Shown: positions 62,841 to 64,000 of the stretch, in pieces | How positions within the stretch are numbered: the first letter of the stretch is position 1 | Layout of the letters: every line of letters begins with the position of its first letter | DNA from: an uncultured Vicinamibacterales bacterium | Lineage (GTDB): Bacteria; Acidobacteriota; Vicinamibacteria; Vicinamibacterales; JAKQTR01 | Direction of reading: 5' to 3' | DNA: 64,000 bases | Assembly (NCBI GenBank): GCA_964396055.1 | Contig: CAYNDV010000005.1 | Span: forward strand, 772 to 64,771 | Position numbers and translations under genes: made by a program | Notes under the pieces: model-generated | Told to the model about the DNA's origin: nothing | What the model saw: the letters and a program-made list of their open reading frames with translations, nothing else | Databases searched by the model: none

Positions 62841-64000
62841 CAGAGACCTCCCGGGGTCGGGACCGTCACCACCCAGCCTCGCGCGGCCAACTCTTTCGAT
62901 GCCGCCGGCGAGACCCGGCCCGTCAGCACGATCGTCAAGCGCTTCGCCCCGAGTTCCTGCCGGGCGCGCGTGTCGATCTCCTGCAGCGTCGCTTCGGCCG
63001 CGGTGGTCCAGCGTACCCAGTCGAGGGGCAGCAGGACGTACGCCTCGCCGCCCGCCCCCACGGCCACCGTCGCGAGCGAGTCGGTCAGCAGCGCGCTGAA
63101 CGGGGCGGCCGCGTGGCGCTGCGCCAGCAACTCGGCGCTCTCGACGTGGAACAACGCTTCACGTTCGTGACGCGACGCGGCGGCGGCCGGGATGCGCGCG
63201 GCGCTGCCGGGGATCTTCGCCGCGTGAAGCGCCGCGATCAGCCGTGTCTGATAGCTCAGCGTCAGGGCGCCGTTGCGGAAGAAGGCTTTTGCCGCCTCGT
63301 CCGGGACACCGAGATCCGCGAGGCGCTGCTCGTTGATCTTCCGCAGTTCCTCGGGGTCCTTGCCCCAGACCAGGTTGCCGGCGGTGGCGGTCATGCCGAC
63401 GACGCCCGGAATGGGCAGCGCGACCTTGCTGACGATCGATCCGGCCGCGTCTGCCTTGCCGACGTCGTCGAGGGCCTTTCGCAACACCGGGTTGGTCGTG
63501 TAGGGATCGACGCCGAGCTTCTGCGCCCACCGGCGGGCTGCGCTACTCACGCCCGTCACCGATTTGCCCGCCGACGCCGCCGCATTGCCGCCCGGCGTGG
63601 ACCCGGCCGCCGGGTCGTCCGCTGTGGCCGACTCGACCGCCCGCTTGCTCTGCCGGCCCAGGTTCACGCCCAGCCTCTTGATACCCGACCCGAGCCCCTT
63701 CACCGTGCCAGCCGGGTCCGTCACGACACCGGCCGCTCCCTTGCCGACGTTGACGACGGACTGGGCGCCGGCCTTCAGAAACACGCCGGTCTTCGAGACG
63801 TCGTCGAGCCGGGCCAGCGCGTCGACCTCGGAGAGGCGCACGGCCAGCATCGACCGGCCTTCGGCCTCGAACGCGCCGAAGTCGGACTCGATGCGGAACT
63901 CGTGGAAGTACCCCTCGGTCTGCACCGCGGCGGCCACGGCGTGACGGGGACCCTTGAGCTCGGCCGGGGTCAACAACTCGGCGGCCGTGAATACCGGCGG
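62840..64000 (-). CDS. Hypothetical protein, 5' end outside the window
   Basis: The frame stays open from 63976 to the window end (PPVFTAAELLTPAEL...); the stop overlaps the next ATG. Confidence 0.65.
   Translation of the reverse strand, partial: PPVFTAAELLTPAELKGPRHAVAAAVQTEGYFHEFRIESDFGAFEAEGRSMLAVRLSEVDALARLDDVSKTGVFLKAGAQSVVNVGKGAAGVVTDPAGTVKGLGSGIKRLGVNLGRQSKRAVESATADDPAAGSTPGGNAAASAGKSVTGVSSAARRWAQKLGVDPYTTNPVLRKALDDVGKADAAGSIVSKVALPIPGVVGMTATAGNLVWGKDPEELRKINEQRLADLGVPDEAAKAFFRNGALTLSYQTRLIAALHAAKIPGSAARIPAAAASRHEREALFHVESAELLAQRHAAAPFSALLTDSLATVAVGAGGEAYVLLPLDWVRWTTAAEATLQEIDTRARQELGAKRLTIVLTGRVSPAASKELAARGWVVTVPTPGGL

Overview
Very GC-rich (roughly 70% by eye) chromosomal window from a diderm bacterium. 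The gene mix (M1 peptidase, VPS10/BNR hydrolase, CocE/NonD hydrolase, cyclophilin) suggests Acidobacteriota, Vicinamibacteria-like; this is inference. The standout locus (5170-12581) has four same-strand genes: a membrane-anchored FAD/NAD(P)H/[2Fe-2S] reductase, a His-rich cytochrome-b-like inner-membrane protein, a secreted 1214-aa cytochrome c with 48 heme motifs in 16 triheme repeats, and an outer-membrane beta-barrel. Together they look like a trans-envelope electron conduit coupled to cytoplasmic NAD(P)H. Also present: a DUF1302-DUF1329-YCF48-RND transport cluster; an Rv0081-like ArsR regulator with an Ehr (Ni-less hydrogenase-4-like) operon; a full mrpA-G antiporter; CvrA; NDH-2; a corrinoid reductive activator beside an internally deleted methyltransferase remnant; a tRNA-Ser(CGA) followed by an inverted REP-like pair, a GIY-YIG nuclease and a MenAT1-like toxin-antitoxin pair; two two-component systems; a sulfatase; a GH29-CE15 fusion; and 8-bp tandem repeats placed just after stop codons. 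No CRISPR array, rRNA, integrase or transposase was seen. All family assignments come from motif recognition, not database searches.
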